A program made the position numbers and the translations under genes. DNA of 64,000 bases from positions 32,001-96,000 of the forward strand of contig JAWLHY010000006.1 of NCBI GenBank assembly GCA_041690135.1. Reading direction: 5' to 3'. A model generated the notes under the pieces. The model saw nothing but the letters and a program-made list of their open reading frames with translations. It was not told the DNA's origin and ran no database searches. Origin of the DNA: Armatimonadota bacterium. Lineage in GTDB: Bacteria; Armatimonadota; SYMT01. Positions 29,744-39,302 of this stretch are shown here, piece by piece (within the stretch, counting starts at the first letter, position 1; the number at the start of each line of letters is the position of its first letter).

Positions 29744-30148
29744 TTATGGGCGAAAGCCGTAGGGCCAACGCGTCTCTGCGTTGTGCCGCACACCGGTAAG
29801 GTTCGCGCCCAGGAGAATTGCTCCGGCCAGGTTGGCCCCGGAAAGGTCGGCGCCGGAGAGATCCGTGTTCCACAGAATTGCGCCGGAAAGATCGGCCCCG
29901 GAAAGGTCGGCGCCGGAGAGATCCGCGCCCTCCAGGTTAGCTCCCTGCAGGTTTACTCCGGGGCACGCGAACCCCGCCATCTGCGCGCCCCGCAGGGTAG
30001 CACCCGCCAGGTCGGCATCCGCGAGAGAAGCGCCTTCGATCCGCAGCAGTACCACCTCATGCGCCTTCCGGTGCCGGATCTCAATGATCCGGGCCGTCAG
30101 TGGCAGGAGAACGCCCGCGATTAGCAGTTCTTCAATCAATCGTTGCAT
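29744..30148 (-). CDS. pentapeptide repeat protein
   Basis: Tandem A(D/N)L(S/x)G repeats ending TRWPYGF. Confidence 0.88.
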   Translation of the reverse strand: MQRLIEELLIAGVLLPLTARIIEIRHRKAHEVVLLRIEGASLADADLAGATLRGAQMAGFACPGVNLQGANLEGADLSGADLSGADLSGAILWNTDLSGADLSGANLAGAILLGANLTGVRHNAETRWPYGFRP

Positions 30149-30204
30149 CCGAGGGGGTATCTACCCGGTGCGACCGGGCGTTGCAAGGAAGCGAAGCTCG
30201 AAAC

Positions 30205-30657
30205 CTAGCCACAGTGCCGGCGAACCACCTCCAGGAGCAGGCTCACCTCGATCGGCTTGGCCAGAAACTCGGCGACGTTCAACAAGGCTGCCTGCTGACG
30301 CACGTCCCCGGTTCCCGAAATGATGACGACGGGGATCGCCGCGAGCGCTGGGTCGCGCAGTTGCTGACTGCGGAACTCCCAACCGCTCATCACGGGCATC
30401 ATCAAGTCCAGCAGGATAAGGCAGGGGGCGGAGTGGGCCTTCAGATGGGATATGGCTTGCTCGCCGTTGGCCACGGAAGTGATGTTATAGCCCTCGTAAC
30501 GAAGAATGTCCTCCAGTGTCTCCCGCAAGTCGGAGTTGTCTTCGATGAGGAGGATATGGCCCGTGGACCGCTGCCTTCCCCGTGAATGCGACGGGTCCTT
30601 TTCACCCGAAAACCCCCGGTCGGGGCGATCATTGGTACTGAACAGCAGTGGATACAT
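30205..30657 (-). CDS. single-domain response regulator (paralogue of 26253-26642)
   Basis: ILLIEDN, LILLDLMMPVMSGWEF, AKPIE; start uncertain. Confidence 0.9.
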   Translation of the reverse strand: MYPLLFSTNDRPDRGFSGEKDPSHSRGRQRSTGHILLIEDNSDLRETLEDILRYEGYNITSVANGEQAISHLKAHSAPCLILLDLMMPVMSGWEFRSQQLRDPALAAIPVVIISGTGDVRQQAALLNVAEFLAKPIEVSLLLEVVRRHCG

Positions 30658-31102
30658 AGCGAGTTAGCGACGGACGGGGGACTCGTCGGTCCATTCACCA
30701 ACGGTGGAGTCGTTTCCTGCCGGGTCGGCCTACTTGCAGAACAGCCCACAAAAGCCGCACGCGCGAATTCTATCGCAACCAGCCTTGCTGTCGGAAGACC
30801 TCGTCCAAAGATGACGACCGGCCGGTGTTCGAGGCTCGCACCCGTCGCGCCGTGCGAGACCCCGTTCACCCCGGCAAAGGGGAACCCACGAGACAAACAA
30901 TTGAATAGGAGGTATTCCGAGGCTTCCGTCAGTTTTCGCGGCTTCGGGTGCGGGTTGGCGAGATGTGTAACAGGAGCCCGGCGTGGAAATTGGTGACCCG
31001 TCATGCTGTTTGACGGAGTCCCCCTGTGAGGCGGGCCTTCGCGACTTCGCCACCCTCTCCCGTCGGGACCAACTACGTTCCCGCCTCTGAGCCCGAGGGG
31101 TG

Positions 31103-31148
31103 CTTGGAAGTAACTGATACCCCATCTTGGAAGTAACGGATACCCCAT
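31103..31148. repeat. 23-bp tandem direct repeat (2 copies)
   Basis: CTTGGAAGTAAC(T/G)GATACCCCAT at 31103-31125 and 31126-31148. Confidence 0.8.
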
Positions 31149-31451
31149 ATGGAGTACCTTACCTGCTCCAGCTTGCTCTGCTTGATCGGCTGCAGCGCAT
31201 GCGTCGGGTACCCCGAAGGGCTATCGGGTTGCACTGCGGCGCTCCCGGTCCGGGTCCGGTGTTGGCGCTCCGGGTGATCTGGAGCGACTACGAAAACTTG
31301 AACCGCCTGGGGTCGTGGCTTGGCGGGTCACGAGAGGCCCGCGGTGGTGGCGCGAAAAATCTCCGCCCGTCCAGAAGGAACTTTGCCGCCCTTGGCTAAA
31401 TGGGTAATGATCGTTGCGTAACCAATCACAATTATCCTATGGAGGAACTAA

Positions 31452-32207
31452 ATGCTGTGCGTCCGTAAGGGCACTCGGCGGGGGTTTACCCTGATCGAAT
31501 TGCTCGTAGTCATTGCGATCATCGCCATCCTGGCCGCCATCCTCTTCCCCGTATTTGCTCAGGCGCGAGAATCGGCCCGGAAGACTTCCTGTCAGAACAA
31601 CCTGAAGCAGTGGGCGACGGCCTGGTCGATGTACGTCCAGGATTACGATGAAACCACGGTCCCAATCCGGACCGGGGGCATCGGCACTTCCGCTTTCCTG
31701 TGGAACGTCATTCTCCAACCCTACATCAAGAACACCGGCGTCCAGACGTGTCCCAGCAACAGCAACCGGGGGATCGGTTACACCTACAACTTCGCCCTGG
31801 GTGGTCCCAACGGGCGGGCGATGGCTGAAGTGAAACTCCCCGCGCAGACGGTCGCCTTCGCGGACGCGGTGGGCTCCACGGACCCGCGTCAATCGCCGAT
31901 CTTCCTCATCCCGAGCGGAACGGGTGGCCCACGCACCCACCTCGGGCGCTGGCTCAGCAATGTCACCGCGGTTCCGCCGGCGGGACATACGGACAATCGG
32001 GGCGGCTTGATTCACGCCCACATCCACCACGACACCGCGAACTACGCATTTGTGGATGGACACGTGAAGGCGTTCCGCTACCAGGACATCGCGGCGAACG
32101 AAGTCTACAACGGCGGTGGCCCCAACGGAGTAGATCGCAAGGCGCCCCCGAAAGCCAACATGGACTACAACTGCGACGGCAACGTCGGTGGCACGGCTTA
32201 CGACTAA
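31452..32207 (+). CDS. DUF1559 / prepilin-type N-terminal cleavage-methylation protein with H-X9-DG motif
   Basis: [42 protein letters not shown]; GGAGG RBS. Confidence 0.95.
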   Translation: MLCVRKGTRRGFTLIELLVVIAIIAILAAILFPVFAQARESARKTSCQNNLKQWATAWSMYVQDYDETTVPIRTGGIGTSAFLWNVILQPYIKNTGVQTCPSNSNRGIGYTYNFALGGPNGRAMAEVKLPAQTVAFADAVGSTDPRQSPIFLIPSGTGGPRTHLGRWLSNVTAVPPAGHTDNRGGLIHAHIHHDTANYAFVDGHVKAFRYQDIAANEVYNGGGPNGVDRKAPPKANMDYNCDGNVGGTAYD

Positions 32208-32240
32208 GGCCGACGCCAAGCACTAGGGTCCGTGACCTGG

Positions 32241-32271
32241 AAAAGGCCGAGCCGGCTGGCTCGGCCTTTTT
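32241..32271 (+). terminator. intrinsic (bidirectional-type) terminator
   Basis: AAAAGGCCGAGCC-GGCT-GGCTCGGCCTTTTT. Confidence 0.85.
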
Positions 32272-32404
32272 GCATTCCGGCGGGCGACCTTCCTTCGACC
32301 TCAGTACGTACAGGGGACCGGCACAAGGGGTTTGGGGGATGCTTGCCGAATGTTTCTGCGGACCAACGTGGGCATGAGCCGACAGGACCGACGGAGAGAA
32401 AGCA

Positions 32405-33241
32405 GTGCAGGCCCCACCCCAGTTCAAGACCATTCCCACCCAGGATGAGCTCGGCCGCGTCGAGCGGGACCTCCGGTTCCATCCCAGCCCCGTCACCGAG
32501 CCCAAAGCCCTCGCGCGCGAGGAGATCGACCGGTTCAACCGGGAAGGATACCTCAAGGGCTACCGGATCTTTAGTGAAGATGAAATGGCGGACCACCGCG
32601 CCTATTTCGATCGCCTGCTGGAGGAGGCGATGGCGGCCGGGGGCAGCAGCTACTCGATCAGCACCGCCCATCTCAAGCACGGCAAGGTTTACGATCTCCT
32701 GACGCATCCCCGCATCGTCGCCATGGTCCAGGACCTGCTGGGGGAAAACGTAATCGGCTGGGGCTCCCACTACTTCTGCAAGCTGCCCCATGACGGCAAA
32801 GTCGTCAACTGGCACCAGGATGCCAGCTACTGGCCCCTCACCCCTTCCAAAGCCGTTACGGTGTGGCTCGCGATCGATGATGCCGACCGCGAAAACGCCT
32901 GCATGAAGTACCTGGCAGGTACTCACCACTACGGCCACCTCACCTACCGCCTCACCGAAGACGGCGAGGACGCGGTGCTCAACCAGGTGGTGGAGAACGT
33001 GGAGCAGTTCGGCGATCCCGTGTACGTCGAATTGAAGGCGGGTGAGTGCTCGATCCATTCGGACTTGCTGCTCCACGGCTCCGAAGCCAACACCTCGGGG
33101 CGACGGCGCTGCGGGTTAACCCTCCGCTACTGCGCCGCGGACGTCCACGCCGGCCTGGACTGGAACCAGAAGGGGGTGCTGGTGAGTGGCGTCGACCCGA
33201 CGGGCCATTGGTCCAACCATCCCCGGCCAAGCTCGGAGTGA
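32405..33241 (+). CDS. phytanoyl-CoA dioxygenase (PhyH) family Fe(II)/2OG dioxygenase
   Basis: WHQD, VTVWLAIDDA..N.CM, LLHGS.AN.S.RRRCGL. Confidence 0.92.
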   Translation: MQAPPQFKTIPTQDELGRVERDLRFHPSPVTEPKALAREEIDRFNREGYLKGYRIFSEDEMADHRAYFDRLLEEAMAAGGSSYSISTAHLKHGKVYDLLTHPRIVAMVQDLLGENVIGWGSHYFCKLPHDGKVVNWHQDASYWPLTPSKAVTVWLAIDDADRENACMKYLAGTHHYGHLTYRLTEDGEDAVLNQVVENVEQFGDPVYVELKAGECSIHSDLLLHGSEANTSGRRRCGLTLRYCAADVHAGLDWNQKGVLVSGVDPTGHWSNHPRPSSE

Positions 33242-33475
33242 GGATCTCCTTCATCCGGAGCCATCGCACGCAATGCGCAACTGGCCTGGCCATAGCTGTC
33301 CGGTAGTGGACTATGTCATCCTGAACGGATGCCGGCCCGTATGGGTGAAGGATCTCCTTGCGAGGTTCGTCCTGGTCACCCGTGATGCCCGGTTGCATTG
33401 ACCACCAGGACCCGTGGAACGAAATCGGGTTCCGGTCGGCCCTTCACGGGAATCCGGAAGAAGTAAAGGGTTAGA

Positions 33476-34594
33476 ATGAGAGAGCCACGACACTTCGCCA
33501 GGGCCAAGGGAAGCTTGGTGATGACCGCCAATATGCTTGCCGCACTGCTGATGGCGGGGCCGGGAGCCGCCGCCGGCAAGGAGCTGCCGCCGGACGAGCC
33601 CGGGCGCCTTCCCGAGCCGACTCGCCAGCTTACCGTACCGGTGCATCGCCCGGGGCTGGCGAAGTTCGAGCCGAAGGAGGGCTGCTTTCTCGGTGCATTC
33701 GTCTATAACGAACACCACCTGGAAGGCAGTATGGCCCGCTGGGAAGAAGCCACCGGCAAGGGGCATGCTTCTTATCTACTGTACGTCGGATACGGACAGC
33801 CGTTCCCCACCGCCTGGGTGGACCAGGTCCGGGCGTTGGGCGCGGTGCCCAACATCGCCTGGGAGCCGAACCAGGGTCTCGACCAGGTGCAAGAAGACGA
33901 CTACCTCCGCAGTTGGGCGAAGGCGGCCGCCGAGTCCGGGGGGCCGGTCTTTCTGCGCTTCGCCAGCGAGATGAACGGCCCCTGGGTTCGGTATCACGGC
34001 GACCCCGAGAAATATCGTGAGAAGTTCCGGCTGGTGGCCCAGACAATGCGCCGGGAAGCGCGCAACGTGGCGATGGTGTGGACCCCCTACTGCACCCCCG
34101 CTGCCACCGCGCTCCAGTACTACCCGGGCCACTGGGCCGTGGACTGGGTGGGGGTAAACATCTACAGCGTGCATCACCACAACGGCAAGCGGGATGCTCC
34201 CGCGCACGAAGAGGACCCCACGGAGTTTCTCCAGTTCTTTTACGACCGCTTCGCCCGGCACAAGCCGATCCAGATCTCCGAGTACGCGTCCACACACTTC
34301 TGTCTTGCCTGCGACTCGGTTACGGAACAGTTCGCCATCGAGAAGATGGAGCGCCTGTACACACACCTCCAGCAGCGCTTCCCGCGCGTCAAGGGCATTT
34401 ACTGGTTCAGTTGGGACACGATCAAGGGTGGGGCGGCCGAGAACAACTACTCCCTGGTGGAGAACGCCCGCAAACTGGACGCGTATCGCCGCCTCATCCG
34501 CCCCACCTACTTTCTCCCGCGCCTGGAGGAGGGGGAATTCTACGTCCTCCGGGACGTTCCGGCGGACGACAATGCCGATCCAGGCGCGAGATGA
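33476..34594 (+). CDS. glycoside hydrolase family 26 protein, exported
   Basis: LRFASEMNG acid/base motif, YYPG..VDWVG, KPIQISEY nucleophile; start may be 33518-33521. Confidence 0.85.
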   Translation: MREPRHFARAKGSLVMTANMLAALLMAGPGAAAGKELPPDEPGRLPEPTRQLTVPVHRPGLAKFEPKEGCFLGAFVYNEHHLEGSMARWEEATGKGHASYLLYVGYGQPFPTAWVDQVRALGAVPNIAWEPNQGLDQVQEDDYLRSWAKAAAESGGPVFLRFASEMNGPWVRYHGDPEKYREKFRLVAQTMRREARNVAMVWTPYCTPAATALQYYPGHWAVDWVGVNIYSVHHHNGKRDAPAHEEDPTEFLQFFYDRFARHKPIQISEYASTHFCLACDSVTEQFAIEKMERLYTHLQQRFPRVKGIYWFSWDTIKGGAAENNYSLVENARKLDAYRRLIRPTYFLPRLEEGEFYVLRDVPADDNADPGAR

Positions 34595-34604
34595 AAGGTC
34601 GCCA

Positions 34605-35348
34605 CTAACGGACGGAGAAACCGCACCGGTGCTCGAAAGCCAGGAATCCGGGCACGTGGACAATCTGGCCGTCCGCTTCCCGGTAGTAGTTGGCGTTTAG
34701 CGGACGCGGGTACAAGAGGTCGCCGCACCGGGCGCAGCGGTTGGCCGCCTGGCATTTGCAGCGAACCCGCATCACCTGGCCCGCAAACCGGGGGTTCGGG
34801 TCGAGGCACTCCCCCTTCCACTCGCCACAGACGGGGCAGAGCTCCAGGCCGCGGGGCACGCCGTTCTCCTGAAAGCCGTTGAGGCTTTCGATCTCCTGCG
34901 GCCGGACCGGCCGCCCCCCCTTGCCGAGATCGCCGAACAGGAAGGCATCCCCGGCTTCCCGCGCCTGGAGCTGGAAGGCATCCGCCCAGGCCCCCAGGCG
35001 TTCGGACCGCCGGCGCAGCTCGGCGGTTGGCGGAAAGACTTCCACCGGCTGGAGCTCCCCGGCCACCTGGAAGCCACCCCGGGGCGGGCGGATGGAGGGC
35101 GCGGCTTCCCCGTCTTCCGTGAAGAAGAAGCAGCGGTCCGCCGCCAGCACCAGGCATGTCTCGAACCGATTGGCCTGCGCCTGGGCCTCCGCGAGGTGAT
35201 ACAGGGTCTCGACGCTGCGCTCTCCGGGCAAGAGCGAGAGGTGATAAAGGGCGGGGACAACCCGCGTCATCAAGTAGGGATAGCCGTCGAAAGCCGGCAG
35301 CGCGCGCAGGAGCGCTTCCCCCGCGCGGGGGGTCAATACAGCGTGCAT
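34605..35348 (-). CDS. hypothetical protein with Cys-rich C-terminal zinc-binding region
   Basis: GGAGG RBS; CPVC..C..CKC..CARC..HRC. Confidence 0.75.
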   Translation of the reverse strand: MHAVLTPRAGEALLRALPAFDGYPYLMTRVVPALYHLSLLPGERSVETLYHLAEAQAQANRFETCLVLAADRCFFFTEDGEAAPSIRPPRGGFQVAGELQPVEVFPPTAELRRRSERLGAWADAFQLQAREAGDAFLFGDLGKGGRPVRPQEIESLNGFQENGVPRGLELCPVCGEWKGECLDPNPRFAGQVMRVRCKCQAANRCARCGDLLYPRPLNANYYREADGQIVHVPGFLAFEHRCGFSVR

Positions 35349-35573
35349 GGTTCCATCCTCCTTGGATAAGGCGCATCAGGAGGGTGGATATAGAAACGCC
35401 GCCGGACGCATCAGCGCACGGCGGCGTTAAGTGGAGCGGAGACTTTCTGTTCGAGTAGCACTGGCTCTCGCACATCGAGGGGAGCTTCCCTCGGGGCACC
35501 GTTGGCGTCTCCAGCCCGGTTGCCGGGTCCTTGCGGACCACTCCTGATGCAAGGAAAATATATCACGCGTTGC

Positions 35574-36236
35574 CTAGCCGCGCCCGACGTTGAGAATTGC
35601 CTTCAGGGGCCCCACCACCACGATAATATCGTCGTGGTTGAGCAGCGTCGTGTGATCGAGGGGCAGCACCTGTCCCGCGGGCGTCAGGTGCGCCAGGATC
35701 TTCAGGCTGGATTGGTGTAGATCGCTCCACTGTGCCAGGGTGGTGCCGGCCCGCTTCTCGGGCACCTTGAGAGCGCCCAGTTCCCGATCGTGGGCGAGGT
35801 CGATCCACTCCACCAGATGGGGAGACTGCAGCGCTTCCGCCAGGTGCGTGCCGGCGTCCCGCTCGGGAAACACGATCCGATCGACTCCCAGTCGCTGGAG
35901 AACGCGCGCGTGCTGCTCGCTGGCCGCCTTGGCCACGATCTGCTTCGCCCCCAGTTGCTGGAGGTTCAGTACCAGCAGGATGCTGCTCTCCATGCTGGTG
36001 CCGCGACTCACAATACAGACATCGAAATCGGGAACACCGACGGTCGCCAACGCTTCTTCGTCGCTGGCATCGAGTTGAACGGCGTGCCCGAGTCGGTCCC
36101 GCGCGGTCTGCACCACCTCCGCGCTCAGGTCCACCCCAACCACGTCCCAGCCCAGGGCCACCAGGCGGCAGGCCGCGGCGGTCCCAAAGCGTCCGAGGCC
36201 GACGACCAGCGCGCTGCTCTTTCTCTGTCTCCTCAT
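35574..36236 (-). CDS. ktrA: TrkA/KtrA family K+ uptake regulatory (RCK) subunit
   Basis: GLGRFG Rossmann motif, IVAKA, VFPERDAG; overlaps the stop of the TrkH/KtrB gene. Confidence 0.88.
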   Translation of the reverse strand: MRRQRKSSALVVGLGRFGTAAACRLVALGWDVVGVDLSAEVVQTARDRLGHAVQLDASDEEALATVGVPDFDVCIVSRGTSMESSILLVLNLQQLGAKQIVAKAASEQHARVLQRLGVDRIVFPERDAGTHLAEALQSPHLVEWIDLAHDRELGALKVPEKRAGTTLAQWSDLHQSSLKILAHLTPAGQVLPLDHTTLLNHDDIIVVVGPLKAILNVGRG

Positions 36237-37648
36237 CCCAGGGGCACTCTCTCTTCGGGATAATGCCGCTTCGGCGGCGGGCCCGGCACGGTCCAGGCGT
36301 TGGCCAGCGTGATGGTGCCGACCCGCCCAATAAACATGAGGACCATAATCACCAATCGGCCCGGCTCGCTGAGGAGCGGCGTGATTCCGGTGCTCAGTCC
36401 CACGGTGGCGAAGGCGGACATCGCTTCGAACTGGATGCGCACGAAAAGGTTATCGCGGATGCCGCCCGCCGCGATGACTGCAGGCTCGGTAAACACCAGA
36501 ATCAGGGTCCCCGCGATCAGCACCGCCAGCGCCAACACGATCAGGGCGAGGGCGCGGAACACGACATCGATGGGAATCCGCCGGTTGAAGACCTCCGCTT
36601 CCACATGGCCGCGTAGTGAAGCGTAAACGGCGGCGGCGGTTACCGCCACGGTGGTTGTCTTGATGCCACCACCGGTGCCCGCCGGAGAGGCACCGATCAC
36701 CATCAGCACCCCCATCACCATGAGGGTGATCGAGCGGAGGTGGTTGAAATCCACGGTCGCGAACCCGGCGGTACGCGTCGTCACCGATTGGAAGAGGGCC
36801 ACCAACACCTTCTCCCCGAGCGGCATGGGCCCCAGGGTCTGGCGGTTGGTCCATTCCGTAGCCAGAATGGTGAGAAACCCGAACAGGATCAGCGCTCCGG
36901 TCGCACCCAACACCAATCGGGTGTGGAGCGACAGCAAGCGCCGCGGCCGGAATCGGAGCAGTTCCAGGCAAACGGCGAAACCCAGCCCACCGATGATGAT
37001 GAGGGCCATCACCGTGAGATTCACCACCCAATCCGCCCGATAGCCCGCCAGGCTGCCGAAAGGGCCATAGTCCCGACCGAACAGGTCGAAGCCCGCGTTG
37101 CAGAAGGCGGAGATGGACGTAAATACCGCCCACCAGGCCGCTTCGCCCGGCTCGCGGCCCGGCTCTTGTGCGAAGCGGACCAGGAGAATCAACGCGCCGA
37201 CCGCTTCCACCGTAAAGGTAAAGGCCACGGCGCCGCGGAGCAAGCGCAGGGTATCGCTCAGGGTCACCTCGCCCAGCGTCTCCCGCAGGAGCAGGCGTGA
37301 GTGGAGATCGGGTTGCCGGCGGAACAGCACGATCAGCATCGTGGAGGCCAGCATGTAGCCCAGGCCGCCGAGTTGAATCAACACCAGGATCACCACCTGA
37401 CCCACGGGGGACCAGTACGTGGCGGTGTCCACCACCGCCAGCCCGGTAACGCAGGCGGCCGAAGTAGCCGTGAAGTAGGCAGTGCTCCACTCCGGCACTC
37501 CTTCCTGCGCGCAGATCGGCAGGCGCAGCACCATGCCGCCTAGCAGGATCATGATCAGGAACAGGAGCACGAGCGTCCGCGCGGGGTGCTGCGGCCGCAC
37601 GAACACCTCGTGGCTGGTTGGCAGTAAAGTATGGTAGCGACGGCGCAT
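36233..37648 (-). CDS. ktrB: TrkH/KtrB family K+ uptake membrane subunit
   Basis: ATSAACVTGL, SAFCNAGF, TTRTAGF, SPAGTGGGIKTTT, SAFATVGLS, MFIGRVG. Confidence 0.92.
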   Translation of the reverse strand: MRRRYHTLLPTSHEVFVRPQHPARTLVLLFLIMILLGGMVLRLPICAQEGVPEWSTAYFTATSAACVTGLAVVDTATYWSPVGQVVILVLIQLGGLGYMLASTMLIVLFRRQPDLHSRLLLRETLGEVTLSDTLRLLRGAVAFTFTVEAVGALILLVRFAQEPGREPGEAAWWAVFTSISAFCNAGFDLFGRDYGPFGSLAGYRADWVVNLTVMALIIIGGLGFAVCLELLRFRPRRLLSLHTRLVLGATGALILFGFLTILATEWTNRQTLGPMPLGEKVLVALFQSVTTRTAGFATVDFNHLRSITLMVMGVLMVIGASPAGTGGGIKTTTVAVTAAAVYASLRGHVEAEVFNRRIPIDVVFRALALIVLALAVLIAGTLILVFTEPAVIAAGGIRDNLFVRIQFEAMSAFATVGLSTGITPLLSEPGRLVIMVLMFIGRVGTITLANAWTVPGPPPKRHYPEERVPLG

Positions 37649-37985
37649 GAGTCTGCGGCAGTTATACTCGAACCGGTCCACCGGTTGGCAATCCCCTACC
37701 GAACTTGCCGACGCGTTCAGGGATAGGAAAGAACTTGCCGATAAGGATAAAGAGAAAGAGGGTTGAGCCGGAGAAGACTCTGCCGCAGGTCTCCCTCCAA
37801 TTCCTATTTGCTGCAGCCCACCGTCCGGTGCCGCTAACCACCCTATCCTGTGGACCTCGCTGCATTCTACTTGCTCTTCCTTACAACCATAATCATCGCT
37901 CGGTAGTATCCACAACTTATCCTTTTCTTCATACTCATCGCTATCCTAGTCCTGGTCCTAATCGGCGAAGCCACCCGGAGTTGCT

Positions 37986-39197
37986 ATGGCAGCACACAAC
38001 CTGAAATCCCTGACCCTGGGTCGCGCGACCCTCCTCACGGCCACCGTCGCCGCCTGTGCCGCCGGGGCGATGATGCCAACGATGCGGGCGGGCGCCGCCC
38101 AACCCGATACGAAAGGCCGGAAAATGCTCGTCTACATCGGCACTTACACCCAGCGCGGCAGCGAGGGGATCTACCGGTTTCAACTCGACACCGAGACCGG
38201 AGCCCTCACCGCCCCAATGGTCGCGGCGAAAACTCCCAACCCCTCGTTCCTGGCCCTGCACCCGAGCGGCCGCTATCTCTACGCATGCAACGAGACGACC
38301 AGCTACCAGGGTACGAAAAGCGGCTCGATCAGCGCCTTCGCCGTGGATCCCAACACCGGCGATCTCACCTTTCTCAACCAGCAGTCGTCGCGCGGTGGGG
38401 CTCCCTGCCACGTAGTGGTGGATAAGCTGGGGAAGAACGTGCTGGTCGCCAACTACGTGGGCGGCAACGTCGCCAGCCTACCGGTACAGGCCGACGGTAA
38501 GCTGGGCGAGGCGACCGGATTCGTGCAGCACCAGGGCTCGAGCGTGAATCCCCGCCGCCAGGAAAGCCCGCATGCGCACTCCATCAACCTGGATGCGGCG
38601 AACCGTTTCGCCTTTGCGGCCGACCTGGGCCTGGACAAGGTGCTGATCTACCGGTTCGACTCGGCGACGGGCAACCTGACTCCGAACACGCCTGGGTACG
38701 CCAGCGTCGATCCGGGTTCCGGGCCGCGACATTTCACCTTCCACCCCTCCGGCAAGTTCGCCTACGTCATCAACGAGATGCTCTCGACCGTGACGATGTT
38801 CCACTACAATGCCGAAAAGGGAGCGCTCGACCGGATCCAGGCGATCACCACGCTGCCCGACGATTTCAAGGGGAACACCAGCACCGCGGAGGTACAGGTG
38901 CACCCATCCGGCAAGTTCCTGTATGGCTCGAACCGCGGTCACGACAGCATCGCCATCTTCACCATCGATCCTTCCACGGGCCTCCTCCGCAAGGCAGGAC
39001 ACCAGTCCACGGGCGGGAAGACACCGCGTAACTTTGGGATCGATCCGAGCGGCAAGTTCCTGCTGGCGGCCAATCAGGACTCCGGTACGGTGAACGTCTT
39101 CCGTATCGACGCCAGCACCGGAGCCCTCACGCCCACGGGACATTCCGCCCAGGTGCCGATGCCGGTGTGCGTGAAGTTCGTGACCCCGGCGGAGTAG
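37986..39197 (+). CDS. lactonase family (6-phosphogluconolactonase-like) beta-propeller, exported
   Basis: YIGTYT, NPSFLA, VANY.GG, PHAH, ADLGLD, GPRH, SNRGHDS, PRNF. Confidence 0.92.
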   Translation: MAAHNLKSLTLGRATLLTATVAACAAGAMMPTMRAGAAQPDTKGRKMLVYIGTYTQRGSEGIYRFQLDTETGALTAPMVAAKTPNPSFLALHPSGRYLYACNETTSYQGTKSGSISAFAVDPNTGDLTFLNQQSSRGGAPCHVVVDKLGKNVLVANYVGGNVASLPVQADGKLGEATGFVQHQGSSVNPRRQESPHAHSINLDAANRFAFAADLGLDKVLIYRFDSATGNLTPNTPGYASVDPGSGPRHFTFHPSGKFAYVINEMLSTVTMFHYNAEKGALDRIQAITTLPDDFKGNTSTAEVQVHPSGKFLYGSNRGHDSIAIFTIDPSTGLLRKAGHQSTGGKTPRNFGIDPSGKFLLAANQDSGTVNVFRIDASTGALTPTGHSAQVPMPVCVKFVTPAE

Positions 39198-39302
39198 CGC
39201 CACCAAAACGCCCAAACCGGCGGTGGCTTCGCTATCGTCTAAGAGATTGGTGAGTTAGCAGCGGGCCCAGTCCGTCCCCACCTGGGCCCGCTTCCCATTG
39301 TT

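Noticed and set aside
29780-29960. 15-bp periodic DNA repeats
   Set aside because: Fully explained by pentapeptide-repeat coding.
37650-37985. c-di-AMP (ydaO) riboswitch upstream of ktrB
   Set aside because: No recognisable conserved riboswitch elements; only an 11-bp direct repeat (GAACTTGCCGA at 37701 and 37731) and purine/pyrimidine-skewed low complexity.
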